DNA from: Antedon mediterranea
Taxonomy: Eukaryota > Animalia > Echinodermata
DNA: 64,000 bases
NCBI RefSeq assembly: GCF_964355755.1
Contig: NC_092674.1
Location: 19,034,001 to 19,098,000 of the forward strand
Reading direction: 5' to 3'
Shown here: in pieces, positions 14,149-26,700 of the stretch
How the letters are laid out: the number at the start of each line of letters is the position of its first letter
Numbering within the stretch: position 1 is the first letter of the stretch
Position numbers and translations under genes: made by a program
Notes under the pieces: model-generated
Database searches by the model: none
Seen by the model: only the letters and a program-made list of their open reading frames with translations
What the model was told of the DNA's origin: nothing

Positions 14149-17100
14149 TATTTGTGAGAAAATGGCGGATTGCTCATGGGAGTCACTTGGTGGGATTATA
14201 CTAGGGGACCTCCTTAATCGTCAAGTATAAGTTAGAGTAGAACCGCTGGTCCTGTTTACTCAGCCCTCATCTTTTAAATCTGAGTGTAACTCAATTACGA
14301 TTTTTAATATTATAGTGAAATTTGATACTGTATTTGTGTGAAAATGGCGGATTGCTCCTGGGAGTCACTTGGTGGGATTATACTAGGGTACCTCCTTAGT
14401 CGTCCATTATAAGTTAGGGTGGGACCACTGGTCCCGTTTACTCAGCCCTCATCTTTTAAATCTCAGTGTATCTCAATTACGATTTTTAATATTATAGTGA
14501 AATTTGATACTGTATTTGTGAGAAAATGGCGGATTGCTCCTGGGAGTCACTTGGTTGGATTATACTAGGGTACCTCCTTAGTCGTCCAGTATAAGTTAGA
14601 GTAGGACCACTGGTCCTGTTTACACAGCCCTCATCTTTTAAATCTGAGTGTAACTCAATTACGATTTTTAATATTATAGTGAAATTTGATACTGTATTTG
14701 TGAGAAAATGGCGGATTGCTCCTGGGAGTCACTTGGTGGGATTATACTAGGGTACCTCCTTAATCATCTAGTATAAGTTAGAGTAGGACCGCTGGTCTTG
14801 TTGACTCAGCCCTCATCTTTTAAATCTGAGTGTAACTCAATTACGATTTTTAATATTATAGTGAAATTTGATACTGTATTTGTGAGAAAATGGCGGATTG
14901 CTCCTAGGAGTCACTTGGTGGGATTATACTAGGGGACCTCCTTAATCGTCAAGTATAAGTTAGAGAAGAACCGCTGGTCCTGTTTACTCAGCCCTCATCT
15001 TTTAAATCTGAGTGTAACTCAATTACGATTTTTAATATTATAGTAAAATTTGATACTGTATTTGTGAGAAAATGGAGGATTGCTCCTAAGAGTCACTTGG
15101 TGGGATTATACTAGGGTATCTCCTTAATCGTCCAGTATAAGTTAGAGTAAGACCGCTGGTCCCGTTTACTCAGCCCTCATCTTTTAAATCTGAGTGTAAC
15201 TCAATTACGATTTTTAATATTATAGTGAAATTTGATACTGTATTTGTGAGAAAATGGCGGATTTCTCCTGGGAGTCACTTGGTGGGATTATACTAGGGTA
15301 CCTCCTTAGTCATCCAGTATAAGTTAGGGTGGGACCACTGGTCCCGTTTACTCAGCCCTCATCTTTTAAATCTGAGTGTAACTCAATTACGGTTTTTAAT
15401 ATTATAGTGAAATTTGATACTGTATTTGGGAGAAAATGGCGGATTGCTCCTGGGAGTCACTTGGTGGGATTATACTAAGGTACCTCCTTAGTCGTCCAGT
15501 ATAAGTTAGAGTAGGACCACTTGTCCTGTTTACTCAGCCCTCATCTTTTAAATCTGAGTGTAACTCAATTACGATTTTTAATATTATAGTGAAATTTGAT
15601 ACTGTATTTGTGAGAAAATGGCGGATTTCTCCGGGGAGTCACTTAGTGGGATTATACTTGGGTACCTCCTTAGTCGTCCAGTATAAGTTAGAGTAGGACC
15701 ACTGGTCCTGTTGACTCAGCCCTCATCTTTTAAATCTGAGTGTAACTCAATTACGATTTTTAATATTATAGTGAAATTTGATACTGTATTTGTGAGAAAA
15801 TGGCGGATTGCTCCTGGGAGTCACTTGGTTGGATTATACTAGGGTACCTCCTTAGTCGTCCAGTATAAGTTAGAGTAGGACCGCTGGCCCTGTTTACTCA
15901 GCCCTCATCTTTTAAATCTGAGTGTAACTCAATTACGATCTTTAATATTATAGTAAAATTTGATACTGTATTTGTGAGAAAATGGCGGATTGCTCCTAGG
16001 AGTCACTTGGTGGGATTATACTAGAGTACCTCCTTAGTCGTCCAGTATAAGTTAGAGTAGGACCTCTGGTCTTGTTTACTCAGCCCTCATCTTTTAAATC
16101 TGAGTGTAACTCAATTACGATTTTTAATATTATAGTGAAACTTGATACTGTATTTGTGAGAAAATGGCGGATTGCTCCTAGGAGTCACTTGGTGGGATTA
16201 TACTAGGGGACCTCCTTAATCATCCAGTATAAGTTAGAGTAGGACCGTTGGTCCCGTTTACTCAGCCCTCATCTTTTAAATCTGAGTGTAACTCAATTAC
16301 GATTTTTTATATAGTGAAATTTGATACTGTACTTGTGAGAAAATGGCGGATTGCTCCTGGGAGTCACTTGGTGGGATTATACTAGGGTACCTCCTTAATC
16401 GTCCACTATAAGTTAGAGTAGGACCGCTGGTCTTGTTTACTCAGCCCTCATCTTTCAAATCTGAGTGTAACTCAATTACGATTTTTAATATTAAAGTGAA
16501 ATTTGATACTGTATTTGTGAGAAAATGGCGGATTGCTCCTGGGAGTCACTTGGTGGGATTATACTAGGGTACCTCCTTAGTCGTCCAGTATAAGTTAGGG
16601 TGGGACCACTGGTCCCGTTTACTCAGCCCTCTCGTCTTTTAAATCTGAGTGTAACTCAATTACGATTTTTAATATTATAGTGAAATTTGATACTGTATTT
16701 GTGAGAAAATGGCGGATTGCTCCTAGGAGTCACTTGGTGGGATTATACTAGGGGACCTCCTTAATCGTCAAGTATAAGTTAGATTAGAACCGCTGGTCCT
16801 GTTTACTCAGCCCTCGTCTTTTATATCTGAGTGTAACTCAATTACGATTTTTAATATTATAGTGAAATTTGATACTGTATTTGTGAGAAAATGGCGGATT
16901 GCTCCTGGGAGTCACTTGGTGGGATTATACTAGGGTACCTCCTTAGTCGTCCAGTATAAGTTAGAGTAGGACCGCTGGCCCTGTTGACTCAGCCCTCATC
17001 TTTTAAATCTGAGTGTAACTCAATTACGATCTTTAATATTATAGTGAAATTTGATACTGTGTATTTGTGAGAAAATGGCGGATTGCTCCTGGGAGTCACT

Positions 17101-20100
17101 TTGTGGGATTATACTAGGGTACCTCCTTAGTCGTCCAGTATAAGTTAGAGTAGGACCGCTGGTCCTGTTTACTCAGCCCTCATCTTTTAAATCTGAGTGT
17201 AACTCAATTACGATCTTTAATATTATAGTGAAATTTGATACTGTATTTGTGAGAAAATGGCGGATTGCTCCAAGGAGTCACTTGGTGGGATTATACTAGG
17301 GTACCTCCTTAGTCGTCCAGTATAAGTTAGAGTAGGACCGCTGGTCTTGTTTACTCAGCCCTCATCTTTCAAATCTGAGTGTAACTCAATTACGATCTTT
17401 AATATTATAGTGAAATTTGATACTGTGTATTTGTGAGAAAATGGCGGATTGCTCCTAGGAGTCACTTGGTGGGATTATACTAGGGTACTTCCTTAGTCGT
17501 CCAGTATAAGTTAGGGTGGGACCACTGGTCCCGTTTACTCAGCCCTCATCTTTTAAATCTGAGTGTAACTCAATTACGATTTTTAATATTATAGTGAAAT
17601 TTGATCCTGTATTTGTGAGAAAATGGCGGATTGCTCCTGGGAGTCACTTGGTGGGATTATACTAGGGTACCTCCTTAGTCGTCCAGTATAAGTTAGAGCA
17701 GGACCACTGGTCCTTTTTACTCAGCCCTCATCTTTTAAATCTGAGTGTAACTCAATTACGATTTTTAATATTATAGTGAAATTTGATACTGTATTTGTGA
17801 GAAAATGGCGGATTGCTCCTAGGAGTCACTTGGTGGGATTATACTAGGGGACCTCCTTATTCGTCAAGTATACGTTAGATTAGAACCGCCGGTCCTGTTT
17901 ACTCAGCCCTCATCTTTTAAATCTGAGTGTAACTCAATTACGATTTTTAATATTATAGTGAAATTTGATACTGTATTTGTGAGAAAATGGCGGATTGCTC
18001 CTGGGAGTCACTTGGTGGGATTATACTAGGGTACCTCTTTAGTCGTCCAGTATAAGTTAGAGCAGGACCACTGGTCCTGTTTACTCAGCCCTCATCTTTT
18101 AAATCTGAGTGTAACTCAATTACGATTTTTAATATTATAGTGAAATTTGATACTGTATTTGTGAGAAAATGGCGGATTGCTCCTAGGAGTCACTTGGTGG
18201 GATTATACTAGGGGACCTCTTTAATCGTCAAGTATAAGTTAGATTAGAACCGCTGGTCCTGTTTACTCAGCCCTCATCTTTTAAATCTGAGTGTAACTCA
18301 ATTACGATTTTTAATATTATAGTGAAATTTGATACTGTATTTGTGAGAAAATGGCGGATTGCTCCTGGGAGTCACTTGGTGGGATTATACTAGGGTACCT
18401 CCTTAGTCGTCCAGTATAAGTTAGAGTTGGACCGCTGGCCCTGTTGACTCAGCCCTCATCTTTTAAATCTGAGTGTAACTCAATTACGATCTTTAATATT
18501 ATAGTGAAATTTGATACTGTGTATTTGTGAGAAAATGGCGGATTGCTCCTAGGAGTCACTGGGTGGGATTATACTAGGGTACCTCCTTAGTCGTCCAGTA
18601 TAAGTTAGGGTGGGACCACTGGTCCCGTTTACTCAGCCCTCATCTTTTAAATCTCAGTGTAACTCAATTCCGATTTTTAATATTATAGTGAAATTTGATA
18701 CTGTATTTGTGAGAAAATGGTGGATTGCTCCTGGGAGTCACTTGGTGGGATTATACTAGGGTACCTCCTTAGTCGTCCAGTATAAGTTAGAGTAGGACCA
18801 CTGGTCCTGTTTACTCAGCCCTCATCTTTTAAATCTGAGTGTAACTCAATTACGATTTTTAATATTATAGTGAAATTTGATACTGTATTTGTGAGAAAAT
18901 GGCGGATTGCTCCTGGGAGTCACTTGGTGGGATTATACTTGGGTACCTCCTTAGTCGTCCAGTATAAGTTAGAGTAGGACCGCTGGTCCTGTTTACTCAG
19001 CCCTCATCTTTTAAATCTGAGTGTAACTCAATTACGATTTTTAATATTATAGTGAAATTTGATACTGTATTTGTGAGAAAATGGCGGATTGCTCCTGGGA
19101 GTTACTTGGTGGGATTATACTTGGGTACCTCCTTAGTCGTCCAGTATAAGTTAGAGTAGGACCGCTGGCCCTGTTGACTCAGCCCTCATCTTTTCAATCT
19201 GAGTGTAACTCAATTACGATCTTTAATATTATAGTGAAATTTGATACTGTGTATTTGTGAGAAAATGGCGGATTGCTCCTAGGAGTCACTTGGTGGGATT
19301 ATACTAGGGGACCTCCTAATCGTCCAGTATAAGTTAGAGTAGGACCGCTGTTCCCGTTTACTCAGCCCTCATCTTTTAAATCTGAGTGTAACTCAATTAC
19401 GATTTTTTATATAGTGAAATTTGATACTGTATTTGTGAGAAAATGGCGGATTGCTCCTGGGAGTCACTTGGTGGGATTATACTAGGGTATACCTCCTTAG
19501 TCGTCCAGTATAAGTTAGAGTAGGACCGCTGGTCTTGTTTACTCAGCCCATGTCTTTTAAATCTGAGTGTAACTCAATTACGATTTTTAATATTATAGTG
19601 AAATTTGATACTGTATTTGTGAGAAAATGGCGGATTGCTCCTGGGAGTCACTTGGTGGGATTATACTAGGGTACCTCCTTAGTCGTCCAGTATAAGTTAG
19701 AGTAGGACCGCTGGCCCTGTTGACTCAGCCCTCATCTTTTAAATCTGAGTGTAACTCAATTACGATCTTTAATATTATAGTGAAATTTGATACTGTGTAT
19801 TTGTGAGAAAATGGCGGATTGCTCCTGGGAGTCACTTGGTGGGATTATACTAGGGTACCTCCTTAGTCGTCTAGTATAAGTTAGAGTAGGACCGCTGGTC
19901 CTGTTTACTCAGCCCTCATCTTTAAATCTGAGTGTAACTCAATTACGATCTTTAATATTATAGTGAAATTTGATACTGTATTTGTGAGAAAATGGCGGAT
20001 TGCTCCTAGGAGTCACTTGGTGGGATTCTACTAGGGGACCTCCTAATCGTCCAGTATAAGTTAGAGTAGGACCGCTGTTCCCGTTTACTCAGCCCTCATC

Positions 20101-22819
20101 TTTTAAATCTGAGTGTAACTCAATTACGATCTTTAATATTATAGTGAAATTTGATACTGTGTATTTGTGAGAAAATGGCGGATTGCTCCTGGGAGTCACT
20201 TGGTGGGATTATACTAGGGTACCTCCTTAGTCGTCCAGTATAAGTTAGAGTAGGACCGCTGGTCCTGTTTACTCAGCCCTCATCTTTTAAATCTGAGTGT
20301 AACTCAATTACGATCTTTAATATTATATTGAAATTTGATACTGTATTTGTGAGAAAATGGCGGATTGCTCCTAGGTGTCACTTGGTGGGATTATACTAGG
20401 GGACCTCCTAATCGTCCAGTATAAGTTAGAGTAGGACCGCTGTTCCCGTTTACTCAGCCCTCATCTTTTAAATCTGAGTGTAACTCAATTACGATTTTTT
20501 ATATAGTGAAATTTGATACTGTATTTGTGAGAAAATGGCGGATTGCTCCTGGGAGTCACTTGGTGGGATTATACTAGGGTATACCTCCTTAGTCGTCCAG
20601 TATAAGTTAGAGTAGGACTGCTGGTCTTGTTTACTCAGCCCATGTCTTTTAAATCTGAGTGTAACTCAATTACGATTTTTAATATTATAGTGAAATTTGA
20701 TACTGTATTTGTGAGAAAATGGCGGATTGCTCCTGGGAGTCACTTGGTGGGATTATACTAGGGTACCTCCTTAGTCGTCCAGTATAAGTTAGAGTAGGAC
20801 CGCTGGCCCTGTTGACTCAGCCCTCATCTTTTAAATCTGAGTGTAACTCAATTACGATCTTTAATATTATAGTGAAATTTGATACTGTGTATTTGTGAGA
20901 AAATGGCGGATTGCTCCTGGGAGTCACTTGGTGGGATTATACTAGGGTACCTCCTTAGTCGTCCAGTATAAGTTAGAGTAGGACCGCTGGTCCTGTTTAC
21001 TCAGCCCTCATCTTTTAAATCTGAGTGTAACTCAATTACGATCTTTAATATTATAGTGAAATTTGATACTGTATTTGTGAGAAAATGGCGGATTGCTCCT
21101 AGGAGTCACTTGGTGGGATTATACTAGGGGACCTCCTAATCGTCCAGTATAAGTTAGAGAGGACCGCTGTTCCCGTTTACTCAGCCCTCATCTTTTAAAT
21201 CTGAGTGTAACTCAATTACGATTTTTTATATAGTGAAATTTGATACTGTATTTGTGAGAAAATGGCGGATTGCTCCTGGGAGTCACTTGGTGGGATTATA
21301 CTAGGGTATACCTCCTTAGTCGTCCAGTATAAGTTAGAGTAGGACCGCTGGTCTTGTTTACTCAGCCCATGTCTTTTAAATCTGAGTGTAACTCAATTAC
21401 GATTTTTAATATTATAGTGAAATTTGATACTGTATTTGTGAGAAAATGGCGGATTGCTCCTGGGAGTCACTTGGTGGGATTATACTAGGGTACCTCCTTA
21501 GTCGTCCAGTATAAGTTAGAGTAGGACCGCTGGCCCTGTTGACTCAGCCCTCATCTTTTAAATCTGAGTGTAACTCAATTACGATCTTTAATATTATAGT
21601 GAAATTTGATACTGTGTATTTGTGAGAAAATGGCGGATTGCTCCTGGGAGTCACTTGGTGGGATTATACTAGGGTACCTCCTTAGTCGTCCAGTATAAGT
21701 TAGAGTAGGACCGCTGGTCCTGTTTACTCAGCCCTCATCTTTTAAATCTGAGTGTAACTCAATTACGATCTTTAATATTATAGTGAAATTTGATACTGTA
21801 TTTGTGAGAAAATGGCGGATTGCTCCTAGGAGTCACTTGGTGGGATTATACTAGGGGACCTCCTTAATCGTCCAGTATAAGTTAGAGTAGGACCGCTGTT
21901 CCCGTTTACTCAGCCGTCATCTTTTAAATCTGAGTGTAACTCAATTACGATTTTTTATATAGGGAAATTTGATACTGTATTTGTGAGAAAATGGCGGATT
22001 GCTCCTGGGAGTCACTTGGTGGGATTATACTAGGGTATACCTCCTTAGTCGTCCAGTATAAGTTAGAGTAGGACCGCTGGTCTTGTTTACTCAGCCCATG
22101 TCTTTTAAATCTGAGTGTAACTCAATTACGATTTTTAATTTTATAGTGAAATTTGATACTGTATTTGTGAGAAAATGGCGGATTGCTCCTGGGAGTCACT
22201 TGGTGGGATTATACTAGGGTACCTCCTTAGTCGTCCAGTATAAGTTAGAGTAGGACCACTGGTCCTGTTTACTCAGCGCTCATCTTTTAAATCTGAGTGT
22301 AACTCAATTACGATTTTTAATATTATAGTGAAATTTGATACTGTATTTGTGAGAAAATGGCGGATTGCTCCTGGGAGTCACTTGGTTGGATTATACTTGG
22401 GTACCTCCTTAATCGTCCATTATAAGTTAGAGTAGGACCGCTGGTCCCGTTTACTCAGCCCTCATCTTTTAAATCTGAGTGTAACTCAATTACAATTTTT
22501 TATATAGTGAAATTTGATACTGTATTTGTGAGAAAATGTCGGATTGCTCTTGGGAGTCACTTGGTGGGATTATACTAGTGTACCTCCTTAATCGTCCAGT
22601 ATAAGTTAGAGTAGGACCGCTGGTCCTGTTTACTCAGCCCTCATCTTTTAAATCTGAGTGTATCTCAATTACGATTTTAAATATTATAGTGAAATTTGAT
22701 ACTGTATTTGTGAGAAAATGGCGGATTGCTCCTGGGAGTCACTTGGTGGGATTATACTAGGGGACCGCCTTAATCGTCCAGTATAAGTTAGAGTAGGACC
22801 GCTGGTCCTGTTTACTCAG
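14149..22819 (+). repeat. 182-bp satellite array, left arm (about 48 monomers)
   Basis: The landmark aatggcgg recurs at 14161, 14343, 14525 and onward (period 182). Monomers are highly similar. Confidence 0.97.
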
Positions 22820-23737
22820 GAGCTATCCGCCATTTTCTCACAAATACAGTATCAAATTTCACTATAATATTAAAGATCGTAATTGAGTTACACTCAGATT
22901 TAAAAGATGAGGGCTGAGTAAACAGGACCAGTGGTCCTACTCTAACTTATACTGGATGACTAAAGAGGTACCCTAGTATAATCCCACCAAGTGACTCCCA
23001 GGAGCAATCCGCCATTTTCTCACAAATACAGTATCAAATTTCACTATAATATTAAAAATCGTCATTGAGTTACACTCAGATTTAAAAGATGAGGGCTGAG
23101 TAAACATAACCAGCGGTCCTACTCTCACTTATACTGGACAACTAAGGAGGTACCCTAGTATAATCCCACCGAGTGACATCCAGGAGCAATCCACCGTTTT
23201 CTCACAAATACAGTACCAAATTTCCCTATAATATTAAAAATCGTAATTGAGTTACACTCAGATTTAAAAGATGAGGGCTGAGTAAACAAGAACAGCGGTC
23301 CTACTCTAACTTATACTGGACGACTAAGGAGGTACCCTAGTATAATCCCACTAAGTGACTCCCAGGAGCAATCCGCCATTTTCTCACAAATACAGTATCA
23401 AATTTCACTATATAAAAAATCGTAATTGAGTTACACTCAGATTTTAAAGATGAGGGCTGAGTAAACGGGACCAGCGGTCCTACTCTAACTTATACTGGAC
23501 GATTAAGGAGGTCCCCTAGTATAATCCCACCAAGTGACTCCCAGGTGCAATCCACCATTTTCTCACAAATACAGTATCAAATTTCACTATAATATTAAAG
23601 ATCGTAATTGAGTTACACTCAGATTTAAAAGATGAGGGCTGAGTAAACAGGACCAGTGGTCCTACTCTAACTTATACTGGATGACTAAGGAGGTACCCTA
23701 TCCCACCAAGTGACTCCCAGGAGCAATCCGCCATTTT

Positions 23738-24695
23738 TTGGAAACAAAACTTATATATTCGTGCTTTATTAAAGAAAAATTTATTTATCCGCATGTAATG
23801 GGCAAATGGAATATGGCCTTTAACACTTAGAAAATAAATTGGAGTGACGTTTGGATAAAAAAAGTGAAAAATGAAAAAAACAAAAAATATGCACAACTAA
23901 ATTACAAGCTGTTGAACAAAATTGTTCCGACTAATCAAAGGCTTCATAAGTGGAATGTGAAAATGAATAATGTATGTGACTTATGTGGGGTAATTGAAGA
24001 CGAAAAACACATGTTTTTTGAATGCATACGAAATAAAACTTTATGGACAAACATAGATAACATTTTTAAAAATATTGACAATGGCAGAAGCTCTTTTAGA
24101 GAACTTCTTTCAGGGTCTGATTGTTAATACAAAAATGACTTATATTCAATTGCTGTCTTCTCAATATATAACATTAAGATTTTAACTGAATTAAACAAAC
24201 CAGTGTGTAAAAACTCTAGGATTGTATTTAAGTCTATTGTTAAGGATCTGAACAAACTAACGCTCATATAATGTTAAAAGAGTTACCGGTACCTAATAAA
24301 TTTATTTATTTATTTATTTTTTATTTTTTTTTTTTTTTAATCGTTGTTTTATATCTTTGTATATAATGTCTATAAGATGTATATAAATGGTATGAATTAA
24401 AAGGGTATGAAACAATACGGTATGTATATTGTCTGTGTACAATGTGAATAATAACAAACCATGAAAGCAGGAGGATTATATTGGAAACAATATGTGAAAA
24501 ACTAAAATTTACAAAAATTACTGATATTTTTTTTTGAGCAGAAAAATATAAAGAAAAATGTAGAATATTAACGGAAAACAATATAATTAAAAAAAGAACA
24601 TATGAAGACAGATATTACTGATTTATTTGTAATGTATTTAATTATGATATGAAAGAATAAAGGTGGTGGTTCACGCCACAAAAGAGAAAAAAAAA
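23738..24695 (+). mobile_element. 5'-truncated Tx1/L1-clade LINE 3' end (copy 1)
   Basis: ORF 23864-24127 encodes a zf-RVT-like CCHC region (YKLLNKIVPTNQRLHKW...CDLCGVIEDEKHMFFEC). AATAAA at 24656 followed by an A-tail. Confidence 0.82.
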
Positions 24696-25751
24696 ATAAT
24701 ATTAAAAATCGTAATTGAGTTACACTCAGATTTAAAAGATGAGGGCTGAGTAAACGGGACCAGTGGTCCCACCCTAACTTATACTGGACGACTAAGGACG
24801 TACCCTAGTATAATCCCACCAAGTGACTCCCAGGAGCAATCCGCCATTTTCTCACAAATACAGTATCAAATTTCACTATAATATTAAAAATCGTAATTGA
24901 GTTACACTCAGATTTAAAAGAAGAGGGCTGAGTAAACAAGACCAGCGGTCCTACTCTAACTTATACTGGACAACTAAGGAGGTACCCTAGTATAATCCCA
25001 CCGAGTGACTTCCAGGAGCAATCCGCCGTTTTCTCACAAATACAGTACCAAATTTCACTATAATATTTAAAATCGTAATTGAGTTACACTCAGATTTAAA
25101 AGATGAGGGCTGAGTAAACATAACCAGCGGTCCTACTCTCACTTATACTGGACAACTAAGGAGGTACCCTTGTATAATCCCACCGAGTGACTTCCAGGAG
25201 CAATCCACCGTTTTCTCACAAATACAGTACCAAATTTCCCTATAATATTAAAAATCGTAATTGAGTTACACTCAGATTTAAAAGATGAGGGCTGAGTAAA
25301 CAAGACCAGCGGTCCTACTCTAACTTATACTGGACGACTAAGGAGGTACCCTAGTATAATCCCACTAAGTGACTCCCAGGAGCAATCCGCCATTTTCTCA
25401 CAAATACAGTATCAAATTTCACTATATAAAAAATCGTAATTGAGTTACACTCAGATTTTAAAGATGAGGGCTGAGTAAATGGGACCAGCGGTCCTACTCT
25501 AACTTATACTGGACGATTAAGGAGGTCCCCTAGTATAATCCCACCAAGTGACTCCCAGGTGCAATCCGCCATTTTCTCACAAATACAGTATCAAATTTCA
25601 CTATAATATTAAAGATCGTAATTGAGTTACACTCAGATTTAAAAGATGAGGGCTGAGTAAACAGGACCAGTGGTCCTACTCTAACTTATACTGGATGACT
25701 AAGGAGGTACCCTATCCCACCAAGTGACTCCCAGGAGCAATCCGCCATTTT

Positions 25752-26700
25752 TTGGAAACAAAACTTATATATTCGTGCTTTATTAAAGAAAAATTTATTT
25801 ATCCGCATGTAATGGGCAAATGGAATATGGACTTTAACACTTAGAAAATAAATTGGAGTGACGTTTGGATAAAAAAAGTGAAAAATGAAAAAAACAAAAA
25901 ATATGCACAACTAAATTACAAGCTGTTGAACAAAATTGTTCCGACTAATCAAAGGCTTCATAAGTGGAATGTGAAAATGAATAATGTATGTGACTTATGT
26001 GGGGTAATTGAAGACGAAAAACACATGTTTTTTGAATGCACACGAAATAAAACTTTATGGACAAACATAGATAACATTTTTAAAAATATTGACAATGGCA
26101 GAAGCTCTTTTAGAGAACTTCTTTCAGGGTCTGATTGTTAATACAAAAATGACTTATATTCAATTGCTGTCTTCTCAATATATAACATTAAGATTTTAAC
26201 TGAATTAAACAAACCAGTGTGTAAAAACTGTTGGATTGTATTTAAGTCTATTGTTAAGGATCTGAACAAACTAACGCTCATATAATGTTAAAAGAGTTAC
26301 CGGTACCTAATAAATTTATTTATTTTTTATTTTTTTTTTTTTTAAACGTTGTTTTATATCTTTGTATATAATGTCTATAAGATGTATATAAATGGTATGA
26401 ATTAAAAGGGTATGAAACAATACGGTATGTATATTGTCTGTGTACAATGTGAATAATAACAAACCATGAAAGCAGGAGGATAATATTGGAAACAATATGT
26501 GAAAAACTAAAATTTACAAAAACTACTGATATTTTTTTTTGAGCAGAAAAATATAAAGAAAAATGTAGAATATTAACGGAAAACAATATAATTAAAGAAA
26601 GAACATATGAAGACAGATATTACTGATTTATTTGTAATGTATTTAATTATGATATGAAAGAATAAAGGTGGTGGTTCACGCCACAAAAGAGAAAAAAAAA
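25752..26700 (+). mobile_element. 5'-truncated Tx1/L1-clade LINE 3' end (copy 2)
   Basis: Near-identical to copy 1, with identical junctions, offset by 2014 bp; ORF 25878-26141. Confidence 0.82.
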
